Shown: piece after piece, positions 27,084 through 37,610 of the stretch
Layout of the letters: the number at the start of each line of letters is the position of its first letter
How positions within the stretch are numbered: the stretch's first letter is position 1
Source of the DNA: Candidatus Zixiibacteriota bacterium
GTDB taxonomy: Bacteria; Zixibacteria; MSB-5A5; UBA10806; 4484-95
Length of the DNA stretch: 42,742 nt
Direction of reading: 5' to 3'
NCBI GenBank assembly: GCA_029932605.1
Contig: JAOZPT010000015.1
Coordinates: 1 to 42,742, forward strand
Translations under genes and position numbers: made by a program
Notes under the pieces: generated by a model
What the model was told of the DNA's origin: nothing
What the model saw: the letters and a program-made list of their open reading frames with translations, nothing else
Databases searched by the model: none

Positions 27084-30000
27084 CACGATAATTGAGTACT
27101 CGGTAAAAAACAAATGGTTAATTATCACACTTACAGCCATAATTATAGTACTTAGTTTATATACTTTCAAAGAGATTGATATCGATGCTATTCCGGATCT
27201 CTCTGATGTTCAGGTTATCATTCAAACCAAGTACGGTGGCCAACCGCCACAAATAGTTGAGGATCAGGTTACCTATCCATTATCAACAGCGATGTTAGCG
27301 GTACCGAAAGCCAAATCGGTCCGTGGTTATTCCTATTTTGGATTGTCATTTATATATGTCATATTTGAGGATGGCACCGACTTGTACTGGGCGAGAAGCC
27401 GGGTACTTGAATCTTTGAGCGCCATATCATCCCGATTACCGGATGGCGTCATGCCTGAGCTTGGCCCAGATGCTACCGGTGTTGGTTGGATTTTTCAATA
27501 TGTTTTGATAGATTCATCTGGCAATTACGATCTCTCAGAACTTAGATCGATCCAGGATTGGTTTTTAAAATATGAACTTTCAACAGTACCGGGGGTTTCC
27601 GAGGTTGCTTCCGTTGGGGGATTCATCCGTCAATACCAAATCGAAGTAGATCCCGGGAAGCTTGATTATTTCGGCATTCCGCTTTCCCATGTGATTAGCG
27701 CTGTAAAGAAATCCAACAGTGCTGTCGGAGGGCGGCTTCTAGAACTTGGAGAAACAGAGTATATGGTTCGAAGCCTTGCTTATATCGGTGACCTGGAGGA
27801 TTTAAAAAATATTCCTGTACATACTCCTAAAGATAGTCCGCCCATTCTTCTCTCATCGGTGGCAAATATACAATACGGTCCCGAAATAAGGCGCGGTCTG
27901 GTGGAACTTAATGGTCAGGGTGAGATTGTCGGCGGGATTGTCATAATGCGTTGGGGTGATAATGCCCGGGAAGTAATTACCAAAGTTAAAGAAAAGTTAA
28001 AAGAACTGAAATCCGGACTTCCTGAGGGGATCGAAATTATCCCCGTGTATGATCGGTCTGGCTTAATCGATCGCGCTGTTGGCAACCTTCAATATACACT
28101 GCTCAAGGAAATTCTGGTAGTTATAGCTATTACGTTACTTTTCCTACTCCATGTTCGTTCGACATTAATAGCAGTTTTCACTTTGCCTGCTGGCGTGTTG
28201 ATTTCAATTCTCCTGATGCACTTACTTGGTATAAACGCTAATATTATGTCGTTGGGAGGGATCGCCATAGCTATAGGCGTGATGGTTGATGCCTCTGTCG
28301 TGATGGTTGAAAACGCTCATAAGCATATTGAACGAAACCGCGGGAAAAAGGAAAGGACACAGATAATTATTGATTCGGCCAAAGAGGTTGGACCGGCTTT
28401 ATTTTTCTCGCTGCTAATTATAACAATATCATTCCTTCCCGTGCTTGTCTTGCAGGGGCAATCGGGAAGGTTGTTTAAGCCGCTGGCGTTTACCAAAACA
28501 TTTGCGATTGCAGCATCCGCTTTGGTTTCAATCACGGTTATTCCCGCCCTGACGGTTATTTTCGTTAAAGGTAAAGTTATTTCAGAATCGAGGAATCCCT
28601 TCTCGAAATTTGCAATAAAGCTTTACCGACCTATCATCAGCTTTGTGCTCAATCATAGAGCAACAGTTATATTAGTTTCCGTTGTTCTATTGATATTGAC
28701 AGCGGTTCCCGTTTTAAAAATCGGTTCGGAATTCATGCCGCCTCTTTATGAGGGTGATCTTCTTTATATGCCTACAACACTACCCGGTATATCGATTACC
28801 AAGGCGAAAGAGATTCTTCAGCAAACAGACAAAATAATCGCCTCTTTTCCAGAGGTCGAACAGGTGTTTGGCAAGATCGGACGGGCTGAAACAGCTACCG
28901 ATCCGGCGCCTTTGACAATGATTGAGACTACCATAATGCTTAAGCCGGAAGCTCAGTGGAGGTCGGGAGTAACTCCGGAGATGCTGGTCGATTCACTTGA
29001 TCGAGCGATTCAGTTTCCCGGGCTAACAAATGCTTGGACTATGCCAATCAAAACTAGGATTGATATGTTGGCAACTGGGATTAAAACACCTGTAGGAATC
29101 AAAGTGATGGGATCTAATCTTGATAGTCTAAATGCGATCGCCCAACGTATAGAAGCGGTTGTCAGGAAAATAAAAGGCACACGTTCTGTTTATGCCGAGA
29201 GGGTTACCGGCGGTAATTATCTGGATATTGATATCGACCGATTCAAGGCCGCCGCTTATGGTCTCAAAATTGATGATATCCAAAATATAATCAAATCGGC
29301 TATTGGCGGTATGAATATCACTCAAACCATCGAGGGGTTGGAACGTTATCCGGTGAATATCCGTTACCCGCGAGAATTTCGAGATAGCCCGGATGCTATC
29401 AGACAAGTGCTGATCGACACACCAAACGGCGGCAAAATACCGCTCGGACAGGTTGCCCTAATCGACTTCAAAAAGGGCGCGGTTATGATCAAAACCGAAA
29501 ACGCCCGTCCTACCGCCTGGGTATATGTTGATATAGATAATATCGATGTGGGGACTTATGTAAAAACCGCTCGTAATGCGGTTGAAAAGAATATTAAAAT
29601 TCCACCCGGCTACTCGATTGTCTGGTCAGGCCAGTATGAAAACATGCAAGCTGTGGCCGAAAAACTGAAAGTGATAATCCCATTGACCCTGGTTGTTATA
29701 TTATTGCTTCTATTCTTGCACTTTAAAAACCTGGCTAATAGTTTGATAGTTATGCTTTCTCTACCTTTTGCTCTTGTTGGTGGAATATGGCTTTTTTATA
29801 TCTTCGGTTACAATACATCGGTGGCTGTTTATGTCGGATTTATAGCTCTTGCCGGCTTGGCAGCGGAAACGGGTGTTGTAATGTTGGTTTACCTTGAAGA
29901 AGCTGTAAAACGGTATAGAAAAGAGGAAAAATTGAAATCAAAAAGTGACTTGCATGCTGCTGTTATGGAAGGCGCTGTTGAAAGAGTTCGACCGAAACTG

Positions 30001-30195
30001 ATGACAGTTTCTACTACTATAATTGCTCTTTTACCGATCATGTTTGGACATGGTACAGGCTCGGAGATAATGCAACGAATCGCCGCACCAATGATTGGCG
30101 GACTCATTTCCTCGACGATACTCACGCTTATTATTGTGCCGGTGCTGTTTTATATTGTTAAAGTAAGAGATATCACCAATATTAAGGATAATTAA
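27076..30195 (+). CDS. cusA: CusA/CzcA-family heavy-metal RND transporter (Cu/Ag type)
   Basis: DAIPDLSDVQVI, VEDQVTYPL, YWARSRVLE, GSEFMPPLYEGDLLYMP, MPIKTRIDMLATG, RVRPKLMT. Confidence 0.95.
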   Translation: MINTIIEYSVKNKWLIITLTAIIIVLSLYTFKEIDIDAIPDLSDVQVIIQTKYGGQPPQIVEDQVTYPLSTAMLAVPKAKSVRGYSYFGLSFIYVIFEDGTDLYWARSRVLESLSAISSRLPDGVMPELGPDATGVGWIFQYVLIDSSGNYDLSELRSIQDWFLKYELSTVPGVSEVASVGGFIRQYQIEVDPGKLDYFGIPLSHVISAVKKSNSAVGGRLLELGETEYMVRSLAYIGDLEDLKNIPVHTPKDSPPILLSSVANIQYGPEIRRGLVELNGQGEIVGGIVIMRWGDNAREVITKVKEKLKELKSGLPEGIEIIPVYDRSGLIDRAVGNLQYTLLKEILVVIAITLLFLLHVRSTLIAVFTLPAGVLISILLMHLLGINANIMSLGGIAIAIGVMVDASVVMVENAHKHIERNRGKKERTQIIIDSAKEVGPALFFSLLIITISFLPVLVLQGQSGRLFKPLAFTKTFAIAASALVSITVIPALTVIFVKGKVISESRNPFSKFAIKLYRPIISFVLNHRATVILVSVVLLILTAVPVLKIGSEFMPPLYEGDLLYMPTTLPGISITKAKEILQQTDKIIASFPEVEQVFGKIGRAETATDPAPLTMIETTIMLKPEAQWRSGVTPEMLVDSLDRAIQFPGLTNAWTMPIKTRIDMLATGIKTPVGIKVMGSNLDSLNAIAQRIEAVVRKIKGTRSVYAERVTGGNYLDIDIDRFKAAAYGLKIDDIQNIIKSAIGGMNITQTIEGLERYPVNIRYPREFRDSPDAIRQVLIDTPNGGKIPLGQVALIDFKKGAVMIKTENARPTAWVYVDIDNIDVGTYVKTARNAVEKNIKIPPGYSIVWSGQYENMQAVAEKLKVIIPLTLVVILLLLFLHFKNLANSLIVMLSLPFALVGGIWLFYIFGYNTSVAVYVGFIALAGLAAETGVVMLVYLEEAVKRYRKEEKLKSKSDLHAAVMEGAVERVRPKLMTVSTTIIALLPIMFGHGTGSEIMQRIAAPMIGGLISSTILTLIIVPVLFYIVKVRDITNIKDN

Positions 30196-30372
30196 CAATT
30201 GTATAGAAATGCCTTAAGTTACAGAATTTTTTGCACCTTGACTGCTTTTTGATGCCTACATTGTCATTTATAGCGAAGGTGGATTTGAACCACAAATCTT
30301 CATGTTGTTAACCACACGGTTAATATTTCCGGTGGCTATCGGGTGGGTTACTTTTTTCAAACTCATAAAAAC

Positions 30373-30459
30373 CGGAGAGGCAGGGATTCGAACCCTGGAA
30401 CGAGTTGCCCCGTTAACTGCTTAGCAGGCAGCTGCCTTCAGCCGCTCGGCCACCTCTCC
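30373..30459 (-). tRNA. tRNA-Ser(GCT), CCA not encoded
   Basis: GGAGAGG/CCTCTCC acceptor stem with G discriminator, TGGCCGAGCGG D-arm, GCTGC-CT-GCT-AA-GCAGT anticodon arm, long variable arm, GGTTCGAATCC T-arm. Confidence 0.97.
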
Positions 30460-30609
30460 GATTAACCATATTATAAATATATCATTATCTTAATACAATC
30501 AATATATTAATGGAAATGAATTCGTCGAATTTATAGACCAGTTGGTATTTCTTGCTAAAGTTTGCTTAAGTGAAATTTAAAAGTCAGAGGTATGATGACT
30601 TAATATCAA

Positions 30610-31941
30610 TTAAATTTTTGTCTTAATTGATGGTTCTTCGATTTTAAATTTTTTCATTCGGCGCCAGAGGGTTGTCCGTGATATACCAAGTTGTTGTGCT
30701 GTGCGTGAATAATTTCCCTGGTTCTGTTTCAATGCTTTCAAAATCAATGTCTTCTGATTTTCTTTCAGTGTTACATTTAAGAATCCAGCACCCTCATCTG
30801 AGGCTGGACGGTCTTTAGGAAGAGTAAATATAAGTGATTCATCGATAAATTCCGATGTAGTAAGTGCGCAGGCGCGGGCGATGATATTTTCCAGTTCAGC
30901 TACATTCCCGGGCCAGTAATAAGTTTGCATCCAGGCCAAGACATCGGGAGATATCGCCTTAATATCTTTCTCGAACTTGGTTGCATATTTTTCAAGGAAA
31001 TAGTTTACCAGAGGAAAAATATCAGCGATTCTATTTCGAAGCGGTGGAATATATATCGGCATTATGTTTATTGCGTAAAATAAGTCCTCCCTGAAATTCC
31101 CAGTTGTTGCCAGTCTCTTAAGGCTTTTAGTGCTGCTACAGATAATCCTTACATCAGATTTAATCTTCTTGAACTTTTCCGATGGAGTGAAATAACCATC
31201 TTGAATGAATCTCAATAGTTTCGTTTGAAGAACAGGAGCCAAACACTCGATATTTTTAATTAGGATGGTTCCGCCGTTGGCTCTCACGATCATTCCGGGA
31301 CATTCGTTATTCTCCTTTTCCCATTCACCGAAAATTTCTTTTTGTTGTTCTTTTTCATGCGCTGTTGAACATTCAACAACCATAAAAGGCATATCCTTGC
31401 GTTTTGATCTACTGTGAATGGCGCGGGCGACAAGCTCTTTACCTGTACCGCTCTCGCCCTCAATCAAGACTGTAACCTCGGTTGCCCCTGTCTTGGCAAT
31501 AATATCCAATACATCTTTCATTTTTTGCGACTTGGTGATTATCCGATCGTATCTTTCTTCAGTGGCGACGACTTTATGTTCCCTTGCGTGTAAAATGTGT
31601 TCTATCCTGTTTAATAAGCTTCCATATTCAAAAGGCTTACAAATGAAATCTACAGCTCCTCCTTGAATGGCCTCAACTGCCATCGGTATGTTTCCATAAC
31701 CGGTGACCAATAATATTTCAGAGGCAGGATGAATCTTTTTAATTTCTTTCATCAGTTTGATCCCAGACATCTTCGCCATTCTACAATCAGAGATAACTAT
31801 ATCATAAAACTTCTGCTTGGCTTTTTCCAAAGCCTCTTCACCAGATTCGGCTGTATCTACATGATAACCCTGACTTCTAAGGTAAAAAGAAAGATTATTT
31901 CGTAATGTCTTTTCATCATCTACAACGATGATGCTGGTCAT
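30610..31941 (-). CDS. NtrC-like response regulator with a degenerate AAA+ domain
   Basis: REC, GESGTGKE, FREDLFY, WPGNVAEL and Fis HTH present; GAFTGA and Walker B DE absent. Confidence 0.9.
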   Translation of the reverse strand: MTSIIVVDDEKTLRNNLSFYLRSQGYHVDTAESGEEALEKAKQKFYDIVISDCRMAKMSGIKLMKEIKKIHPASEILLVTGYGNIPMAVEAIQGGAVDFICKPFEYGSLLNRIEHILHAREHKVVATEERYDRIITKSQKMKDVLDIIAKTGATEVTVLIEGESGTGKELVARAIHSRSKRKDMPFMVVECSTAHEKEQQKEIFGEWEKENNECPGMIVRANGGTILIKNIECLAPVLQTKLLRFIQDGYFTPSEKFKKIKSDVRIICSSTKSLKRLATTGNFREDLFYAINIMPIYIPPLRNRIADIFPLVNYFLEKYATKFEKDIKAISPDVLAWMQTYYWPGNVAELENIIARACALTTSEFIDESLIFTLPKDRPASDEGAGFLNVTLKENQKTLILKALKQNQGNYSRTAQQLGISRTTLWRRMKKFKIEEPSIKTKI

Positions 31942-32256
31942 ATTTCCTCCACTGATTTTCTTTTGTATATACTACCTATCTTAATGATATTTTCGTCAAA
32001 AGCTGGGATATACTTAATTTAAAGGAGGTCAAAAAAACATCTTGATTTTAAATGAAACGGTTTCTATGTTCAAAAACTTATGATGCATATTCCTGCGGAA
32101 ATAGCCTTTGCAATTGACTGCACACTAAATATTAGCAATGGTCGGTCTTGGCCGACAGATTCACTATTATTACGAGGGATGAACTTAATGCAATATTAGC
32201 GATTTGAGGGGGCTTTTGACAACTCATCAGATTATTATGAGGAAACACCGAAGAAG

Positions 32257-33333
32257 TTGAAAGTAATTAGAGTAATATCAAGTTCCATAATTTTTTTAGG
32301 GTTATCTGCTTCTGTTTGCCTGGCTGATAATTCTGCCCAGTTTCGGTCTCAACTGGAGCCAGATAGCCTTGAAGATATTTTTATTGCAAAGGCGATGTCA
32401 TATACCTACATCGATAGCTTTCAGGCCGCAATAGCCTGTATCGAGAGCCTCATTGCTGTCGATTCTGACTATTGGCCAGCTTATGTTATAAAGGCTGGCA
32501 TAGTCTATGTAGAGATGACGGATGATGAACGATATGACCAAAAAAAACATTTTAAGGCCTTAATCGACACTTCATTAACCGGTCTTGATGAACACCTCAA
32601 ATATCATCCTGAGGATAAATGGGCTTTGTTTTTCAAAGGAACAGCATTGGGTTATGATGCTATATGGGAGGGGCAACATGGAAGTTGGTTTAAGGCTGTA
32701 ACCAAGGGTTTGAAGGCGGGCAAGTATTTTTCCAAAGCGGTTAAGAAGGATACTCTTTTTTATGAGGCCTATGTTGGCCTGGGTACTCTGCATTATTGGC
32801 GGTCGGCCAAGCTGGGGATACTTCGAAAGTTACCTTTCATATCGGATAAACGCCAGCAAGGGATTGATGAGTTGAAAAAGGCCATGGAGAAATCTCGTTA
32901 TTCATCGACTGCGGCTGCTATCGGGCTTGGCTGGATATATATAAACCGCAAGGAATACCCCAAGGCAATTGCAATTGCAGATGAATTAATAGCTCGTGGT
33001 AATGGTGGCAGGCAAACACTATGGCTTCGGGCAATCGCCAACTTCAACAGGGGTAATATCAATGGAATTATAAGGGATTTCACCTTGATCAGAGAAGGAC
33101 TTGTGAGGAAAGGAAATCAAAATTACTATAATTTGATTATCTGTAACTACTGTCTGGGTGTAGCTTATTATTTAAAGGGCGATGATAAAACCGCCCTTGA
33201 TTACTTTAATGAGATGTTAAGCTGGGAATTATCCTCAGAAATCGCCAAAAGGGCTGCTAAGAAGTTGAAATCTGCTAGAAAATACAAAAAGAGAATAGCC
33301 AAAAAGGAAAAACTTCAAAATCCCGAAGGTTGA
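32257..33333 (+). CDS. Exported TPR-like helical repeat protein
   Basis: Signal peptide; helical repeats such as EAYVGLGTLHYW and YCLGVAYYLKGD..TALDYF. Confidence 0.7.
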   Translation: MKVIRVISSSIIFLGLSASVCLADNSAQFRSQLEPDSLEDIFIAKAMSYTYIDSFQAAIACIESLIAVDSDYWPAYVIKAGIVYVEMTDDERYDQKKHFKALIDTSLTGLDEHLKYHPEDKWALFFKGTALGYDAIWEGQHGSWFKAVTKGLKAGKYFSKAVKKDTLFYEAYVGLGTLHYWRSAKLGILRKLPFISDKRQQGIDELKKAMEKSRYSSTAAAIGLGWIYINRKEYPKAIAIADELIARGNGGRQTLWLRAIANFNRGNINGIIRDFTLIREGLVRKGNQNYYNLIICNYCLGVAYYLKGDDKTALDYFNEMLSWELSSEIAKRAAKKLKSARKYKKRIAKKEKLQNPEG

Positions 33334-33704
33334 TGAAATCGAAAATAATAGACTAATGGAAATATAAAATTATACAGATTTGCTGTTTGTCAGGTAGATA
33401 AAGCATTTTTAACAGAAGCTTATCATAATTTGAGAAGATACTCATTGCTACAGTCAAATTAGGTCGTTTCATGTACTATCTTGGCCAGTGCCCTAGTACG
33501 GAAAAACTACTTTTCCCATTTAAAAACTCATTGTTTCAAATTGCAATATTTGAATAATATATGATTCAACAAAACCGAAAATAATTCTGGAAAGTGAGTT
33601 TTTCGTATAAGGGGGCGTCTATTATTTTATATCGTTGAACTTATTATTAATTTCTAATGGGGGCTCAGGAAACAACATCTGTTGGAAATAAAGGATGTTT
33701 TTTC

Positions 33705-33956
33705 ATGGAAAGCAAATATAGAATAGTGACCTTATCATTTATACTTGGCCTGCTTGTTTATACATTCTTTTCTTTCTTTGAATATCTTTTTATTTATGGA
33801 AGGGATTATTGGGGGATAGTTGCATCTGATATGTCAACCTATGAGGTGTTTATTCGATTGGTTAAGGTGGCAATTTTTATCGCATTTAGCGTTTTATTGT
33901 CAAAAGTTTTGACTGGATATAAGGGGAATAAAGTGTCGCTTCGAAAGAAAACATGA
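33705..33956 (+). CDS. Small two-TM membrane protein (alternative start 33657)
   Basis: Two hydrophobic segments; AAGGA upstream of ATG 33705; resembles membrane anchors of PAS kinases. Confidence 0.5.
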   Translation: MESKYRIVTLSFILGLLVYTFFSFFEYLFIYGRDYWGIVASDMSTYEVFIRLVKVAIFIAFSVLLSKVLTGYKGNKVSLRKKT

Positions 33957-34035
33957 ATGGAGATATTAACAGGTTAATCATTAGCAGGGTTTTTTAGTAT
34001 GAGCAGGTTGAAAAAGGCTTGACGGAGAAAAACAA

Positions 34036-37000
34036 ATGGTAATCAAATCCAGGATTTATTTAATGTTCCTCTTATTTATTTTGGTTGGGGGTGTGATTAC
34101 TCTCATGATTGCCAGGACCTTTTCAGTTAGTATCATTAAAGATGAGATTAGCCGTCGTTTAGTATCCACAACCCAATCAAGGGCCCACCATGTTCGAACA
34201 GTTTTACGAGAACGCGAAGAAATCACCAAAACACTGGCTAGCGGAAACCCATTTAGAGACGCGGTAGATCCGGAAAAGGATTATACACGAAGATTGAAGC
34301 AGGTTAACAGGAGAATAGAAAGCGTAATACAATCCTATGAAGAGATTTCAAGAATTAGGGTATTGGATACTGATGGCATAGTAATTGCTTCAAGCCATGC
34401 GGATGTTGGATTTGATGAAAGCAGCCATGAAATATTTCAGAAAGCGAAGGACAGTTTATATATCAGAGATATACATATCTCGAGATTCACCGGAAATGAG
34501 GTCATGAGCTATTCGGCGCCTATTTTAGTCAAAGGTAAGTTTTCGGGAGTTGTTGTTATAAATTTTAATGTAAAAGAGTTATTTGAGATAATGGCGGATA
34601 GAACGGGATTGGGAAAAACAGGTGAAATATACATTATAAATAAAAGCGGTTATGTGATCACCCCCTCCAGGTTTATAGATGATGCGGTCTTGAAATACAA
34701 GGTTAATACGGAAAATGTAGAGCATTGTTTTGAGGACATAGGACAGTTTGGCAAGCATGAGCATGAACATAAGGCGATGTTATTCAAGAATTATCTTGGC
34801 AGGGATGTTCTCGGAGTACATGCGCATATACCGGAGATGGGTTGGTGTTTGCTGGCTGAAATAAGCAAAGAGGAAGCTTTTGCACCGGTCAATAAGCTAA
34901 CCCATTCAATTCTATTGACTTTTGTTGTTCTTTTAGTAGTCGGAGCGATATTTTCATCTTTTGTCTCAAAAAAGATAACCCAACCTATTGTGAAATTACA
35001 TCATGGTACTGAGGAGATAGAAAGAGGGAATTTAGATTACAAGGTTGGCACCAAAGAAAAAGATGAAATTGGACAGCTGTCGAGGTCGTTCGATAATATG
35101 GCCGCCAAATTGAAAAAGTCCATGGAAGAGTTGAAAACACGCAATATAAGTCTTGAGGAAAAGGTAAGGGAAAGAACAATTCAGTTGGAACAGCGGGTCA
35201 AAGAGATAGAAAGGCAAAAAACAGAGATTGCGAGCATAGCTCAAGAATTTGAGAAGGCTAATAAAGATTTAAAGACTGAAATCGCTGAACGCAAACTGGT
35301 AGAGAAGGCGCTAAGGGAATCTGAAGAGAGATATAAAGCTCTTTTTGATTGTTCTGCTGAGGGTATACTTGTTGCTGATATTGATTCAAAGAAATTCAAG
35401 TATGCAAATCCAGCCATATGTAGAATGTTGGGTTATACTGAGGAAGCATTGAAACAGTTAGGTGTAAGTGATATTTATCCTCAAGAATCTTTGGAGCATG
35501 TCATTTCTGAGTTCGAGGCCCAGGCTAAGGGAGAAAAAACATTAGCCGTAAATATCCCTTGTTTACGAAAAGATGGGACATTGATATATGCTAACATCTC
35601 TACAACCAAGGTTATTATAAATGGGAGAGAATGCAATGTAGGTTTCTTCACTGACATCACCAAACAAAAGCAAGCAGAGGAGAAGTTAAGAGAAAGCGAA
35701 ATTAGATTCCAAACAATCATAAATGCCAGTAAAGATGCTATAATAACTATAGGAGAAGATGGCCGTATTAGCATATTCAATCCAGCCGCTGAAAACCTGT
35801 TCGGATGGTCTGAGAAAGAGATGCTCGGTCAACCACTGGATCGTATAATGCCGGAAGAATATCGGCAGCACCATGACGAGTATGTCCGGGGATATTTTAC
35901 CAGCGGAGAGCCTCACGGGGCTATGGGTAAAACTGTTGAATTGCCAGCGGTAAAAAGGGATGGCACCCAATTTCCGATAGAGCTATCTCTGTCGGATGGT
36001 CACTTTGCGGACAAACAGTTTGTTATGGCTGTCATACGTGATATCACCTCGCGTAAACGTTCAGAGAAGGCGCTAAGGGAATCTGAAGAGAAATTCAGGC
36101 GTGTGATTGAAACCTCGCCGGTAGCCATCTGGAGCCAATCGTCAGACCAAACTAAAACATATTTTATGAGCCCGGCGATTGAAAATATCACCGGTTATGC
36201 ACCGGATGAATTTATCGAAAACCCAAAGATGTTGCATGACATTATACAACCGGATGATAAGGAGAAATATATTCAGCATCTTACAAAGTTATTGGATAAT
36301 TTGGAAGCCCAGGCTTTTGAATTACAGGTGGTGAATAAGAACTATTCTGTGAGGGTTATCTCGGTATTTCTTTCACCGGGATACGATGACAGGGGCGATA
36401 TCGTTCGGATAGATGGAGTAGCCATGGACATCACTGATAAGAAGGTACTCGAAAACCAGATTGCCCAATCGGAAAAGATGGCGGCGATAGGTGTTTTAGC
36501 GGCCGGCGTAGCTCATGAATTTAATAACCTTCTGGGTGGTATCATGGGTAACCTTTCGTTTGCTCAAAATTTCCCTAATAATATTGAGACTTGTATGAAA
36601 AGTATCAATGAATCGATGAAGGCGACAGAACAGGCATCGGAACTGATTCAGTCACTGCTTTCGTATTCCAGGAGAGAAGACGAGATCGGAACTGAAGTGC
36701 GGGTTCTGGAAATACTTGATGATATCATTAGGCTGGTTGGTGAGGAGTTAAAAATCAAGGGAATTAAGCTGGATAGAGAGTTTCAGAAAGTGCCGGAGAT
36801 AAAGGGCTCTCCGAGCCAGCTCCAGCAGGTATTTTTGAATATCCTTATCAATGCCATCCATGCTGTAGGGGAAGATGGTGTAATTTCAATAAAAGCCTGG
36901 AGCGATGGGAAGAAGGTATTTATCAAATTCTCTGATAATGGAGTGGGAATCGAGGAAGAGAATATAAACAAAATATTTGACCCGTTTTATTCCACCAAAG

Positions 37001-37572
37001 GTGTATGGGGAGATAATACTGATAAGGGCACTGGCCTTGGTTTGTCCGTAAGTTATAACATCATCAAGGCTCACCATGGTGATATAATGGTCGAAAGTAA
37101 ACCAGGTATCGGAACAAAGGTTACGGTTGTGATACCAATAGGTACTGCAGGCAAATCAGAAGGGGAAGGCCCTAAATTTGTAAATGAATTCAATGCTCTG
37201 GTTGTCGAATTTGACCAGAAGCAGGCAGAGATATTGACGGATATAATAAGAAAGCTCGGTGGCCGACCAGTTTTGTGCAACTGGTGTGATGAAGCGATTA
37301 AAAAGGCCAATCAACTTGACTTTGATTACACTATTTTAGATGCCAACCATCCTGCCATGGCTGGTTTGATCAGGTTTATTGATTTTATAAAGTCAAAAAA
37401 GCCATCATTACCAGTGATATTAACAAGCCGGGGACCTATTAAATATCAATACAGAGAATATGCTAAGATGGCTTCAGGAATAATCTCTAAACCTTTTACC
37501 TTTGATAAGGTTGCCGATGTTTTGATGAAATTGCAACAATACCATAAGGAAACATCCACAGATAAAGTTTAA
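34036..37572 (+). CDS. Membrane hybrid sensor kinase (Cache-like, HAMP, 3 PAS/PAC, HisKA, HATPase, atypical REC)
   Basis: Two TMs; DEIGQLSRSFDNM HAMP; three PAS ending DIT; AGVAHEFNN, DNGVGI, GTGLGL; C-terminal receiver with KPF. Confidence 0.93.
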   Translation: MVIKSRIYLMFLLFILVGGVITLMIARTFSVSIIKDEISRRLVSTTQSRAHHVRTVLREREEITKTLASGNPFRDAVDPEKDYTRRLKQVNRRIESVIQSYEEISRIRVLDTDGIVIASSHADVGFDESSHEIFQKAKDSLYIRDIHISRFTGNEVMSYSAPILVKGKFSGVVVINFNVKELFEIMADRTGLGKTGEIYIINKSGYVITPSRFIDDAVLKYKVNTENVEHCFEDIGQFGKHEHEHKAMLFKNYLGRDVLGVHAHIPEMGWCLLAEISKEEAFAPVNKLTHSILLTFVVLLVVGAIFSSFVSKKITQPIVKLHHGTEEIERGNLDYKVGTKEKDEIGQLSRSFDNMAAKLKKSMEELKTRNISLEEKVRERTIQLEQRVKEIERQKTEIASIAQEFEKANKDLKTEIAERKLVEKALRESEERYKALFDCSAEGILVADIDSKKFKYANPAICRMLGYTEEALKQLGVSDIYPQESLEHVISEFEAQAKGEKTLAVNIPCLRKDGTLIYANISTTKVIINGRECNVGFFTDITKQKQAEEKLRESEIRFQTIINASKDAIITIGEDGRISIFNPAAENLFGWSEKEMLGQPLDRIMPEEYRQHHDEYVRGYFTSGEPHGAMGKTVELPAVKRDGTQFPIELSLSDGHFADKQFVMAVIRDITSRKRSEKALRESEEKFRRVIETSPVAIWSQSSDQTKTYFMSPAIENITGYAPDEFIENPKMLHDIIQPDDKEKYIQHLTKLLDNLEAQAFELQVVNKNYSVRVISVFLSPGYDDRGDIVRIDGVAMDITDKKVLENQIAQSEKMAAIGVLAAGVAHEFNNLLGGIMGNLSFAQNFPNNIETCMKSINESMKATEQASELIQSLLSYSRREDEIGTEVRVLEILDDIIRLVGEELKIKGIKLDREFQKVPEIKGSPSQLQQVFLNILINAIHAVGEDGVISIKAWSDGKKVFIKFSDNGVGIEEENINKIFDPFYSTKGVWGDNTDKGTGLGLSVSYNIIKAHHGDIMVESKPGIGTKVTVVIPIGTAGKSEGEGPKFVNEFNALVVEFDQKQAEILTDIIRKLGGRPVLCNWCDEAIKKANQLDFDYTILDANHPAMAGLIRFIDFIKSKKPSLPVILTSRGPIKYQYREYAKMASGIISKPFTFDKVADVLMKLQQYHKETSTDKV
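35301..36091 (+). repeat. Perfect 29-bp direct repeat flanking two PAS modules
   Basis: AGAGAAGGCGCTAAGGGAATCTGAAGAGA at 35301-35329 and 36063-36091; 762 bp apart (in frame). Confidence 0.85.
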
Positions 37573-37610
37573 AACGCGTTAAATATTTCTGGTTAGCTTA
37601 ACTAATATTT

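Noticed and set aside
32080..32199. 39-codon ORF (MMHIPAEIAF...) upstream of the TPR gene
   Set aside because: No adjacent RBS or motif; cannot be supported
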